A stretch of DNA of 64,000 nucleotides from an uncultured Flavobacteriales bacterium (GTDB taxonomy: Bacteria > Bacteroidota > Bacteroidia > CAIKAF01). The notes under the pieces were generated by a model. The model saw only the letters and a list, made by a program, of their open reading frames with translations, did not search any database and was not told where the DNA came from. The DNA is taken from positions 392 through 64,391 of the forward strand of contig CAILUT010000006.1 of the NCBI GenBank assembly GCA_903837495.1. The letters run 5' to 3'. Positions 52,419 to 61,369 of this stretch are shown one piece after another. A program made the position numbers and the translations under genes. Each line of letters opens with the position of its first letter. The stretch's first letter is position 1.

Positions 52419-53173
52419 TGAGCCCCAACCAGTCTTTTGAACTCTGCCTGCGCATGGGCGACAATGCGCTCATCTTGGGTCAACGCCTCGCCGAATGGTG
52501 CGGACATGGTCCTATTTTGGAACAAGACATCGCTCTTACCAACATTTCACTCGATTTAATCGGTCAATCGCGCCTCTGGCTTAGTTTGGCCGGGCAAATC
52601 GAAGGGCAAGGCCGAGACGAAGACAAACTAGCCTTCTTCCGCGATTCAAATGAATTCCGGCATTTAAACCTGTGTGAACAGCCCAACGGACACTGGGGAA
52701 CCACCCTGATGCGGCAGTTCCTGTTCGATGCGTTTCACCTGCCTCTGCTGGAACAGTTATGTAAGGTGGAAGACCAGCAAGTGGCCAGCATTGCCCAAAA
52801 AAGCGTTAAAGAAGTGCGCTATCATTTGCGCTGGAGCAGCGAATGGGTGGTGCGCCTTGGCGCAGGCACCGACGAAAGCCATGAAAAAATGCAGCAGGCT
52901 CTGCTCGATGTTTGGCCCTTTGCCGGCGAAGCCATCCAACCCAACGCCTTTGATTTGGAACTAACAGAAACCTGCCCGCCTTACAATGTACAGGCGGTAA
53001 ACAAAGCCTGGTGGTCCAGCGTGAACGAGGTTTTTAATCAGGCAAATTTAGACGTCCCCGAAGCAAATTGGGCCCCTCAAAAAGGCCGCGAAGGCATTCA
53101 TACCGAACGCTTAGGCTTTATTTTAGCCGAAATGCAATTCTTGCCCAGAGCCTATCCCGATGCACAGTGGTGA
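52415..53173 (+). CDS. paaC: 1,2-phenylacetyl-CoA epoxidase subunit C
   Basis: 252 aa, ferritin-like. Operon position. Confidence 0.8.
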   Translation: MMSPNQSFELCLRMGDNALILGQRLAEWCGHGPILEQDIALTNISLDLIGQSRLWLSLAGQIEGQGRDEDKLAFFRDSNEFRHLNLCEQPNGHWGTTLMRQFLFDAFHLPLLEQLCKVEDQQVASIAQKSVKEVRYHLRWSSEWVVRLGAGTDESHEKMQQALLDVWPFAGEAIQPNAFDLELTETCPPYNVQAVNKAWWSSVNEVFNQANLDVPEANWAPQKGREGIHTERLGFILAEMQFLPRAYPDAQW

Positions 53174-53663
53174 GTGGTCTGTTGAATTGATTCATTCTTG
53201 GCTTGCCGCCGTTAAAGATCCGGAAATTCCCGTTTTAAATATCCACGATTTGGGCGTTCTACGCAGCATCGAAATGCTTGATGCTGAAACAGTTCGCATC
53301 ACCATCACCCCCACGTACAGCGGTTGCCCGGCCATGAATACCATCGCCAACGATGTGCGCCGATTGCTCAAATCAAAGGGCATTCCAAAGGTTGAGGTTC
53401 TGGAATCTTTGCAACCACCCTGGACAACCGATTGCTTAAGCCCCCAGGCACATGCAAAATTAGAGGCCTTCGGCATTGCTCCGCCTCAAACAGGAAGTCC
53501 CGACAAAACAGCCCTTTTTTCAGAAGCGGTTACCGTGCCTTGTCCTCAATGCAAAAGCCGCAACACGCAGCTAATCAGTCAGTTCGGCAGCACTGCCTGC
53601 AAGGCGCTGTACCGCTGCAGCGACTGCCACGAGCCCTTCGACTACTTCAAGTGCTTGAGGTAA
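53160..53663 (+). CDS. paaD: Phenylacetate-CoA oxygenase subunit PaaD (DUF59 plus C-terminal Cys4)
   Basis: DUF59 N-terminus (…VKDPEIPVLNIHDLGV…), CPQC and CSDC. Confidence 0.8.
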   Translation: MHSGEWSVELIHSWLAAVKDPEIPVLNIHDLGVLRSIEMLDAETVRITITPTYSGCPAMNTIANDVRRLLKSKGIPKVEVLESLQPPWTTDCLSPQAHAKLEAFGIAPPQTGSPDKTALFSEAVTVPCPQCKSRNTQLISQFGSTACKALYRCSDCHEPFDYFKCLR

Positions 53664-53688
53664 ACAGTTTCTTTTTTCATTTTTTTTT

Positions 53689-53850
53689 GGGGGCGGGAAT
53701 TCCGGCTTTCGCAAATAGTCCGCGGTTGCCGAAAGGCTGGCCCAGCTGGTTTGCGGGGGCTCCTAAAGTCGCCTCCGCACCTAGCGGGCCAGGCTTCGGC
53801 ACCCTACGGGCTATTTTGCTCAATCCGGCCCGCAGGGCCCCCCCGCATGA
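53689..53850 (+). repeat. GC-rich terminator-associated repeat element, copy d
   Basis: TTTTTTTTT-GGGGGCGGGAATTCCGGCTTTCGCAAATAGTCCGCGG…GGGGGCTCCTAAAGTCGCCTCCGC…GCTATTTTGCTCAATCCGGCCCGCAGGGCCC. Confidence 0.6.
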
Positions 53851-53925
53851 AATACCACAGTCCATTCCCATCAATGTTGTACTTTTATATCAGATAGTAA
53901 TCCCAACACACATTATTGACCTGCT

Positions 53926-55497
53926 ATGTTTTGGATTTTTTCGTTTTTATCGACATGGTGCCGAAATGCGTTTGGCGTTTTTTCCGTTATATCTCTGTTT
54001 TTCTTGCTTGCAGGCGCTTCAAGCATCCAAGCCCAGGTCGGAATAAATACCATAAATCCCGATGCCTCGGCGGTATTGGATTTGAGCAGCCAGCAAAAGG
54101 GTTTTTTGCCTCCGCGCATGACCCAAGTGCAACGCAACGCCATTGTAGCTCCTGCCCTTGGATTAATGATTTACAACACCACCTCGCAATGCGCCGAGGT
54201 TAAAACCCCCACCGGCTGGAAAGCCATGGCCTGCGATTGTTCGGTGGCCCCGCCAAGTCCAAACCTCTTGACCTTAGCGGTTTCCGGTTGCCCCGGCGAC
54301 ACCGCTTTGATGTTGGTGGTGGCGCCTGTTTCTGGAGCGACTTCTTATCAGTGGACCCTTCCTTCCCCGGCTCAGGCCACTGGTATTACTACTTCCGACA
54401 CCTTGATTTTTAATTCCAATGGAGCCGTTGTTGGAAATGCCACGGTAACCGCGGTAAACGCCTGCGGAAGCTCAGCCCCATTCAGTTTGACTCTGAACAT
54501 TTCTCCTCCCAACGCCGGTTTTACCGCCAATCCGGCAAGCCCCAACATCAATATTGCGGCTATATTTACAGCCAGCACCCAAACGGGTACCCATGCCTGG
54601 ACTTTTCAAAATGGAAGCCCTGCCACAAGCAGTTCTGCCAATCCTTCGGTAACGTGGAGCTCAACCGGCGCCTATCAGGTAATTCATCAAATAACCGATG
54701 CCAATGGCTGTGTGGGAATCGATACCCAATCGGTAACTGTGGTTAATTGCCCCTCAACCACCTTGACCTTTTCGTACACCGGAGCTCCTCAAAATTTTGT
54801 GGTTCCCAATTGCATCAACAGCATTGTGGTAGCTGCCTATGGTGCCGAAGGTGGGACCAGCAACGGGGTGGCAGGCACGGGGGGCGACGGGGGATTGGCT
54901 CAAGCCACCATTTCCGTAACTCCGGGAGAAACCTTACAGGTTTTTGTGGGGCAATTTGGACCTTCTGGCTCTAGCCTTTTAACCGGCGGATGGAATGGGG
55001 GCGGGGGCACCGATTTGTCTTGCTCTGGCGATTTGATTGGCGGCGGCGGCGGAGCCTCCGATGTTCGGCGCTCGCCTTATACCTTGCAAGACCGTTTGAT
55101 TGTTGCTGGCGGTGGCGGAGGTGCTGGATATCAGCCACAACAGTATCCTACCAATACGGGAGGCAGTGGAGGCGGTTTGACTGGGGCCGATGGGGGCACA
55201 GCCAGTTGGTGCACTCCAACCTGCAATGGAAAGGGAGGAACGCAATCGGCTGGTGGGGCTGGGGGGCAACGCAGCGGAGAGCCCAACGGCCAACCTGGAA
55301 CCTTTGGGATTGGAGGGCGAGGCAAAGGCAGTTGTTCCGGCGGCGGCGGCGGTGGCGGCGGTTGGTATGGTGGTGGTGGGGGGCAAGCAACCGCCGGTGG
55401 AGGCGGCAGTAGCTATGTGGCGCATCCCGGAAATTCCAACACATCAACAACACCTGGGCTGCGAACAGGAAATGGAACGGTTGTCATTTCGTATTAA
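53926..55497 (+). CDS. Secreted protein with a conserved N-terminal module, PKD/Ig-like repeats and a C-terminal glycine-rich (Gly_rich-like) domain
   Basis: Signal peptide. N-terminal module QVGINTINPDASAVLDLSSQQKGFLPPRMT…GLMIYNT is shared with the protein at 59443. Gly-rich block …VVAAYGAEGG…IVAGGGGGAG…GTVVISY parallels the N-terminus of the 17..3235 protein. Confidence 0.7.
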   Translation: MFWIFSFLSTWCRNAFGVFSVISLFFLLAGASSIQAQVGINTINPDASAVLDLSSQQKGFLPPRMTQVQRNAIVAPALGLMIYNTTSQCAEVKTPTGWKAMACDCSVAPPSPNLLTLAVSGCPGDTALMLVVAPVSGATSYQWTLPSPAQATGITTSDTLIFNSNGAVVGNATVTAVNACGSSAPFSLTLNISPPNAGFTANPASPNINIAAIFTASTQTGTHAWTFQNGSPATSSSANPSVTWSSTGAYQVIHQITDANGCVGIDTQSVTVVNCPSTTLTFSYTGAPQNFVVPNCINSIVVAAYGAEGGTSNGVAGTGGDGGLAQATISVTPGETLQVFVGQFGPSGSSLLTGGWNGGGGTDLSCSGDLIGGGGGASDVRRSPYTLQDRLIVAGGGGGAGYQPQQYPTNTGGSGGGLTGADGGTASWCTPTCNGKGGTQSAGGAGGQRSGEPNGQPGTFGIGGRGKGSCSGGGGGGGGWYGGGGGQATAGGGGSSYVAHPGNSNTSTTPGLRTGNGTVVISY

Positions 55498-55527
55498 GCA
55501 ACCCCCCAAATCAGCTGTTTCATAAGA

Positions 55528-56226
55528 ATGAAGCTCCGTTTTATTCTCTTCCTTTATTCCATTGCAAGCGGATTGCTGGCCCAAGTATCTCTGGATATTT
55601 CCATTCCTAAATCGCCAACAACTCAATTTGATTTCGTTCTTGTGGATGTTCCTGAAATTCCTGTAAATGCCAAAAGCCCTAAAAAGGCGTATTGGATAAG
55701 CAAGTATGAGGTAAGTCAGGAACAATGGGCAGAGATTATGGGAACCTGGCCTTCAGCCCGAGGGAAATGCCCCGATTGTCCGGTCGAAAACATTAGCTTG
55801 CTTCAAATTTACGCCTTCATTCATGCGCTCAATGCCAAAACAGGGAAGACCTACCGCCTTCCCGATTCGGGCGAGTGGGAATATGCGGCACGTGGAGGGA
55901 AATTTAGCCGAAGTTACCGCTTTAGTGGGGGCAATTTTATCGATGCGCTGGCTTGGTACCGCGAAAACAGCCAAGGCCAAACCCAACCGGTCGGCAAAAA
56001 AAAACCCAACGAACTAGGCTTGTTCGATATGACTGGAAATGTATGGGAATGGGTTGTACCTCTGCCTGAGCAGGCCTGGCAGCCCATCGATAGCCTAGAT
56101 GTAGAATGGAGGGGCGGAGCCTGGAATTATGGCTATGCCCTGCTTGGACTTGATAAATTGACCAAACATGTGCACCCCAGTTTGGGATTCCCAGTGGCCG
56201 GATTTAGGCTGGTTTATTCAAAATAG
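55528..56226 (+). CDS. Secreted FGE-sulfatase (SUMF1-like) domain protein, short
   Basis: Signal peptide and …RLPDSGEWEYAARGG…GNVWEWV…. Confidence 0.7.
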   Translation: MKLRFILFLYSIASGLLAQVSLDISIPKSPTTQFDFVLVDVPEIPVNAKSPKKAYWISKYEVSQEQWAEIMGTWPSARGKCPDCPVENISLLQIYAFIHALNAKTGKTYRLPDSGEWEYAARGGKFSRSYRFSGGNFIDALAWYRENSQGQTQPVGKKKPNELGLFDMTGNVWEWVVPLPEQAWQPIDSLDVEWRGGAWNYGYALLGLDKLTKHVHPSLGFPVAGFRLVYSK

Positions 56227-56264
56227 AATTAACCCGCCATTGTTCTTACGAACCAATCCTGTCC

Positions 56265-56828
56265 TTAATTCTGACTGCTAAACTCAGGAAAATTTGCCCA
56301 CACCGCGTAGTTCCCGCCTTGGGCATTCATTTTGTTTTTCCACAACCGTTCGCGGCCTACCCTAGGCCAAAAGACATCTGCATTCGGATAGTCGCTCAGC
56401 CAGGCCCCACTCGTCAATTCTTCTTCCAATTGCCCCGGAGACCAACCGCTGTACCCCACAAAAAACGAAACCGCCGACTCAGGGGCACGACCTTGCTTGA
56501 TTAAACCGCTCAAAACATCAAAATCTCCACCCCAATGAACAGGCCCCTGAACCCGAAGGGTGTCGGGCTGCATAGCCGTTAAAGTGTGCAAAAAAAACAA
56601 TTGGTCATCGGCCACAGGACCGCCAAAATTTAAGGTTCGGGCAATATGGGATTCCGTTGGCAATACCTCGTTCACCCGCAAGGCGATTGGGCGGTTTACA
56701 ATAAAACCTAAAGCACCCTCGCTTTTTGAATACGAACATATTAAAACCGCCGTTCTCTTAAAATACGAATCTTCCATGCGCGGATCTGCGTACAACATTA
56801 ATCCTGGCTTTATGCGTAAAGGTGGCAC
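56265..56828 (-). CDS. YqgE/AlgH-family (UPF0301) protein
   Basis: …AVLICSYSKSEGALGFIVNRP… family core. Confidence 0.8.
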   Translation of the reverse strand: MPPLRIKPGLMLYADPRMEDSYFKRTAVLICSYSKSEGALGFIVNRPIALRVNEVLPTESHIARTLNFGGPVADDQLFFLHTLTAMQPDTLRVQGPVHWGGDFDVLSGLIKQGRAPESAVSFFVGYSGWSPGQLEEELTSGAWLSDYPNADVFWPRVGRERLWKNKMNAQGGNYAVWANFPEFSSQN

Positions 56829-56880
56829 GGGTTTCTTTATAGATGTTAACTTTGGGAAAAGTACAAATATTGGTCAAACC

Positions 56881-59193
56881 ATGAATCCTGTCAAAGCTCT
56901 TTTTTTTCTACTGCTCTTTTTTACCCTGCAAGCCCTTGTGCCAATATTTCAAAGTGAATTAACCGGACAAACCCAACAAATCGAATGGTATCCGGGGGGC
57001 GGAAAAAAGGCCGAAGGAGTTGAATTGGAAGGAAAACCCCAAGGAAAATGGACGTATTACCACCCCAATGGTTCCGTAAAATCCAAAATTGATTACCAAA
57101 AGAAAACCGCTGTTCATTTTAACGAAATGGGCAACATTATTGCCAAAGGAGCTTTGTCGGATGCGGGCGGCTCAGGAACTTGGAAAACCTTCCACGACAA
57201 TGGAAAGCCAGAACAACAAAAAAAATACCTTTCCGGAATGCCACACGGAATCTGGAAGTCCTGGTATATTAACGGAAAAACAGCGGCCGTTCAAGCTTTT
57301 TCAAAAGGAAAGCGGGTTGGAACCTGGATGAATTATTCCCGAACCGGAACAACTACTTTTAAAGGCAGTTTTAATGAAGATAAGCCCATCGGAATTTGGA
57401 TTTATTTCTGGGACGGAGGCGAACCTAAAATGACCATTGATTATGAAAAAGGGTTCACCAAAGGCTGGTATCAAGACGGCACCGTTCAGGTGGAAGGAAA
57501 CGGAAGCCCCAATCAACCTACCGGAAAATGGGCTTGGTTTTATCCCAACGGCCGGCCCTTAGAAAAAGGAAAATACAACGACAAAGGTCAAAAGGAGGGG
57601 CTATGGACAGGGCATTGGGACCTGAAAAAGCAACAGCGCTACAAAGGGCAGTATGCCGATGGAATTTTAATCGGCGAATGGACAAGCTGGTTCGATAACG
57701 GGAAGCTGGATTCTGTGGTTCAATTTAACGCAGTGGGCATGCCCATAGGCGAATGGAAATGGTACTACTCAGAACCGCATGGAATTCGAAAGCGCTGGTT
57801 AGTCGATTCAAATCGGGTCGAAAACTACTACCCAAACGGGCAACTAGAAGCCAAAGGAGGCGGAACCGATACCCTGCCTGAAGGAGATTGGACCTTTTGG
57901 CATACCAATGGGAAAATAGCCAAGCAAGTTCGTTTTGTAAATGGAAACCCCAACGGTACCATGCTCAGCTTTAATTCGGAAGGCGGCTTAGAAGAAAAAA
58001 CCGATTACCAAAACGGAGAATTACACGGATTTCGTTCGGTGTTTTTTGCTGTCGGAGATACCGCCGCTCATGAACAGTATGCCCATGGTACAAAGGTGGG
58101 TCGAGCTCGGTATTTTTACCCCAACAAACGCCTGCAAGCAAACGTGGATTTTTCAGGAAAAACCCAAAGCAGCTATTTTTTCGATTCCGGACAACCTAAA
58201 ATGCACGGATATTATGAACAAGGCAAACGCACCGGCCCCTGGATTCAATTTCACCCCAACGGAAAAACCATGGAAGAAGGCAACTACTTGCTTGATTCTA
58301 TGCATGGAGAATGGAAAACCTACGACGCCGAAGGGCGTTTAACCGGGCTTTTTAACTACAACCAAGGCATTAAAACCGGATTCTGGCAATGGTTCCACCC
58401 CAGCGGGTTTGTGGAATTGCAAGGATATTTTTCAAACAACCTGCAAGACAGCTTGTGGATAGCCCGGTATTCAGATAAAGTGGAGCATTACCGGGGCAAC
58501 TATGCAAACGGAAAACGAAATGGAGCTTGGGTGTACACCTATGAATCGGGAGTCAAATGGAAAGAGGGGCTTTTTAATCAAGATCAAAAGGACGGCGATT
58601 GGACCTACTTTTACGAATCGGGAAGGGTGGAGCACAAAGGCCGATTTTGGAAAGGCCGTGAACATGGGTATTTTGAGTCCTACCATCCCAATGGACTTCT
58701 AAAAGACGCAGGTCGGTTTCGGTATGGAAGCATGGACAGCCTTTGGATAGGAAAAACAGAGAAAGGAGCTTTGCTCTATCAAGGCAGCTATTCAGACGGT
58801 TTACGGGAAGGTCTTTGGATTTGGAACCATGAAACTGGGCATCCAAAACGCAAAACAGAATTTAAACGAGGCATGCGCCATGGAAAAGAACAGGCCTACA
58901 CCTCTGACGGAAGGTTGGAACAAACCGGAAGCTACGCCAACGACCAAGAAGAAGGAACCTGGTATTTTTACTATCCCCACGGAGCTAAAGCCGGAACCTA
59001 CCGCAAAAAGAATGGGCAGTTCGAAGGAGCCTACGAGCGCTACCACGTGAACGGGAAAATTCAATTGAAGGGCAGCTATTCGAAAGGCGGAAAGTCGGGA
59101 ACCTGGGAATACTTCAATTCCGACGGAAAATGGATTAAACGCGTAATCTTTCAAAAGGGAGTTGTGGTAGATACCCAGACGCCAGGTAGGTAG
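56881..59193 (+). CDS. Large secreted MORN/YwqK-type repeat protein (about 770 aa, tandem 23-aa repeats of the form …W.YYH.NG…G.Y..G...G.W..)
   Basis: Signal peptide at MNPVKALFFLLLFF. Dozens of repeats such as GKWTYYHPNGSVKSKIDY and GEWTSWFDNGKLDSVVQF. The ORF-track start at 56560 overlaps yqgE on the opposite strand. Confidence 0.7.
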   Translation: MNPVKALFFLLLFFTLQALVPIFQSELTGQTQQIEWYPGGGKKAEGVELEGKPQGKWTYYHPNGSVKSKIDYQKKTAVHFNEMGNIIAKGALSDAGGSGTWKTFHDNGKPEQQKKYLSGMPHGIWKSWYINGKTAAVQAFSKGKRVGTWMNYSRTGTTTFKGSFNEDKPIGIWIYFWDGGEPKMTIDYEKGFTKGWYQDGTVQVEGNGSPNQPTGKWAWFYPNGRPLEKGKYNDKGQKEGLWTGHWDLKKQQRYKGQYADGILIGEWTSWFDNGKLDSVVQFNAVGMPIGEWKWYYSEPHGIRKRWLVDSNRVENYYPNGQLEAKGGGTDTLPEGDWTFWHTNGKIAKQVRFVNGNPNGTMLSFNSEGGLEEKTDYQNGELHGFRSVFFAVGDTAAHEQYAHGTKVGRARYFYPNKRLQANVDFSGKTQSSYFFDSGQPKMHGYYEQGKRTGPWIQFHPNGKTMEEGNYLLDSMHGEWKTYDAEGRLTGLFNYNQGIKTGFWQWFHPSGFVELQGYFSNNLQDSLWIARYSDKVEHYRGNYANGKRNGAWVYTYESGVKWKEGLFNQDQKDGDWTYFYESGRVEHKGRFWKGREHGYFESYHPNGLLKDAGRFRYGSMDSLWIGKTEKGALLYQGSYSDGLREGLWIWNHETGHPKRKTEFKRGMRHGKEQAYTSDGRLEQTGSYANDQEEGTWYFYYPHGAKAGTYRKKNGQFEGAYERYHVNGKIQLKGSYSKGGKSGTWEYFNSDGKWIKRVIFQKGVVVDTQTPGR

Positions 59194-59442
59194 GGCAATT
59201 AAAAGCAATTAAACGCTATGGTCGATGTTCTCAAATGCGAAACCTTTCAGCCATTTTGTCCTAATTTCCGTATGTATCACTCAGAAATCGTAGACTCTTT
59301 TTAAGTGGATGTCGTTTGATTTTTTTAGGAGGGGTTTTCATTGAAAATTAACTTCATTTTATTTTTAATTAAATAAGGGCTGGTTTATCGTATTTGAATT
59401 AAATTCACTTTCTAATCTAGTCCTCAATACGCAATAGGAACG

Positions 59443-60366
59443 ATGCTTAAATTCCGCCTAATTTTAACTTTATATATCGTATTCCAGGCTTTAACCGCCC
59501 AAAACGTCGGCATCAACCCCAACGGCACAGCCCCCAACGCCTCAGCCGGATTGGATTTGGATTTTGCCGACAAAGGGTTTTTGCCCCCGCGGATTTCCCT
59601 GACCGCAACCAACGACACCGCAACCATCTTGCAACCCGCCAACGGCTTGTTGGTTTTTAATACGGCCACCTCAGGAACCGGCGCTGCCGCCGTGAGCCCC
59701 GGTTTCTACTACAATGCCGGTACTCCACAAAACCCAGATTGGTTTCGATTGCTGGTGCCGGCTATGGTGGATGGCAGCGAAACCATTCTTTCGGCGGGAA
59801 CCCAAATTAGCATCAGCGGCAGCGGAACCACCCAAAATCCCTATGTAATAAGCTCGAGCGGTGGCAGTGGCTTCTCCCACTACATCGGCGAAGCCTACGG
59901 CGGCGGAGTGGTGTTTCATGTGTGGAAAGATGCTCAAGGCATTGAACATGATTTGGTGGTTGAAATCGACAATCAACCCAGCAATCATTTGGCCAGTTCG
60001 TCTCACCAAATAGGCAATACTGCCCGAAGCACCTGGGATGGAAATTCAAACAGTACCGCCATCGCGAACCACTTTGGGGGCAGCACGGGCGCAGCAGCCT
60101 TTTGCCTGAATCTGGTCAGCGCTGGCTTCTCCGATTGGTATTTGCCCTCCATCGATGAGCTCAAATTGCTCTATATCAATCGATTTAATGTAAATCAAAC
60201 CATTTCGGGAATTCAAAACGCGCTCATCGTTGGCGAATCGGCCCTGTGGAGCAGCACCGAGAAATGGGGCGGCAGCGATGCGTGGTATTTTTGGATGGCC
60301 GAAGGACGAAGCTTGGCTCAAGCTAAAACTGGGACAGTCGGGGTTCGGGCGATTCGAAAATTTTGA
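59443..60366 (+). CDS. Secreted DUF1566 (Lcl C-terminal domain) protein with the same N-terminal module as 53926..55497
   Basis: Signal peptide. NVGINPNGTAPNASAGLDLDFADKGFLPPRIS…GLLVFNT. C-terminal …AAFCLNLVSAGFSDWYLPSIDELKLLY…AWYFWM…VRAIR matches the DUF1566 pattern. Confidence 0.65.
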   Translation: MLKFRLILTLYIVFQALTAQNVGINPNGTAPNASAGLDLDFADKGFLPPRISLTATNDTATILQPANGLLVFNTATSGTGAAAVSPGFYYNAGTPQNPDWFRLLVPAMVDGSETILSAGTQISISGSGTTQNPYVISSSGGSGFSHYIGEAYGGGVVFHVWKDAQGIEHDLVVEIDNQPSNHLASSSHQIGNTARSTWDGNSNSTAIANHFGGSTGAAAFCLNLVSAGFSDWYLPSIDELKLLYINRFNVNQTISGIQNALIVGESALWSSTEKWGGSDAWYFWMAEGRSLAQAKTGTVGVRAIRKF

Positions 60367-60562
60367 TTTGCTTTTAATGGCTGGCTTTTGTTTGCAGCAA
60401 TTGCCTTTGGCGCTTCAATCTCTACCTCCTTCTGCCGATTCCTTGAATCTCTGTTTCTTCTTTTTGCTGCATTTGCCTGGTTCCTTTAAATAATGAAGGC
60501 AAATAACATCCAAATGCATAGACTCTTTATTTTTTACCCAACTAATTGTTACTATTGAGGCC

Positions 60563-61021
60563 ATGAGAGTGGTTGTTCAACGCGTAAAGTCCGCTGCCGT
60601 CCACGTAGGCGGAAAACAAATCGGCAGCATCGATAAAGGCTTGCTCATTTTGCTGGGAATCGAAGTGGGCGATTCTCAAGAAGACATTCAATACCTGGTG
60701 CACAAAATTGCCCGAATGCGCATTTTTTCCGATAAACAAGGAAAAATGAACCTGAGTCTGCAAGATCTTCTGCAGGCACGGTGCTTGGTGGTATCGCAAT
60801 TTACCCTTTTTGCTTCCCTTAAACGTGGGCAGCGTCCTTCTTTTGAACGGGCAGCCCCCCCCGAATTTGCCAGAATGATGGTAGAAATGTTCGCGCTTGC
60901 GCTTGAAAAAGAAACCAACACCCGAGTGGAACAAGGGCAATTTGGCGCCGATATGCAAGTAAGCCTAATCAACGATGGCCCCGTTACCTTGATTCTCGAT
61001 TCCTTTATCAAAGACCTATGA
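60563..61021 (+). CDS. dtd: D-aminoacyl-tRNA deacylase
   Basis: MRVVVQRV…SQFTL and a C-terminal …NDGPVTL pattern, 152 aa. Confidence 0.9.
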   Translation: MRVVVQRVKSAAVHVGGKQIGSIDKGLLILLGIEVGDSQEDIQYLVHKIARMRIFSDKQGKMNLSLQDLLQARCLVVSQFTLFASLKRGQRPSFERAAPPEFARMMVEMFALALEKETNTRVEQGQFGADMQVSLINDGPVTLILDSFIKDL

Positions 61022-61347
61022 CCTTAACCCAAGCCCAAGAAACCGTTGACCTGTGGATTAAAACCCATGGTGTTCGATATTTTAACGAACTCACCAACAT
61101 GGCCATTCTAACCGAAGAAGTCGGTGAATTGGCCCGCATTGTTTCAAGAACCTACGGAGAACAATCCTTCAAGCCCGGCGAAGAAAAAGAGTCCATGGCC
61201 GATGAACTTGCCGATGTGCTTTGGGTGCTTATTTGCCTTGCCAATCAAACAGGGGTTGACCTAACCCAAGCCCTTCAAACCAACATCGAGAAAAAAACAA
61301 GCCGCGACCAGCTAAGGCACCAACAGAATCCCAAGCTGAATTCTTAA
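61018..61347 (+). CDS. MazG-like nucleotide pyrophosphohydrolase
   Basis: EEVGELA…DELADVLW motif pair. Confidence 0.8.
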   Translation: MTLTQAQETVDLWIKTHGVRYFNELTNMAILTEEVGELARIVSRTYGEQSFKPGEEKESMADELADVLWVLICLANQTGVDLTQALQTNIEKKTSRDQLRHQQNPKLNS

Positions 61348-61369
61348 CTTTCCGACTTATTTAAAAGGT

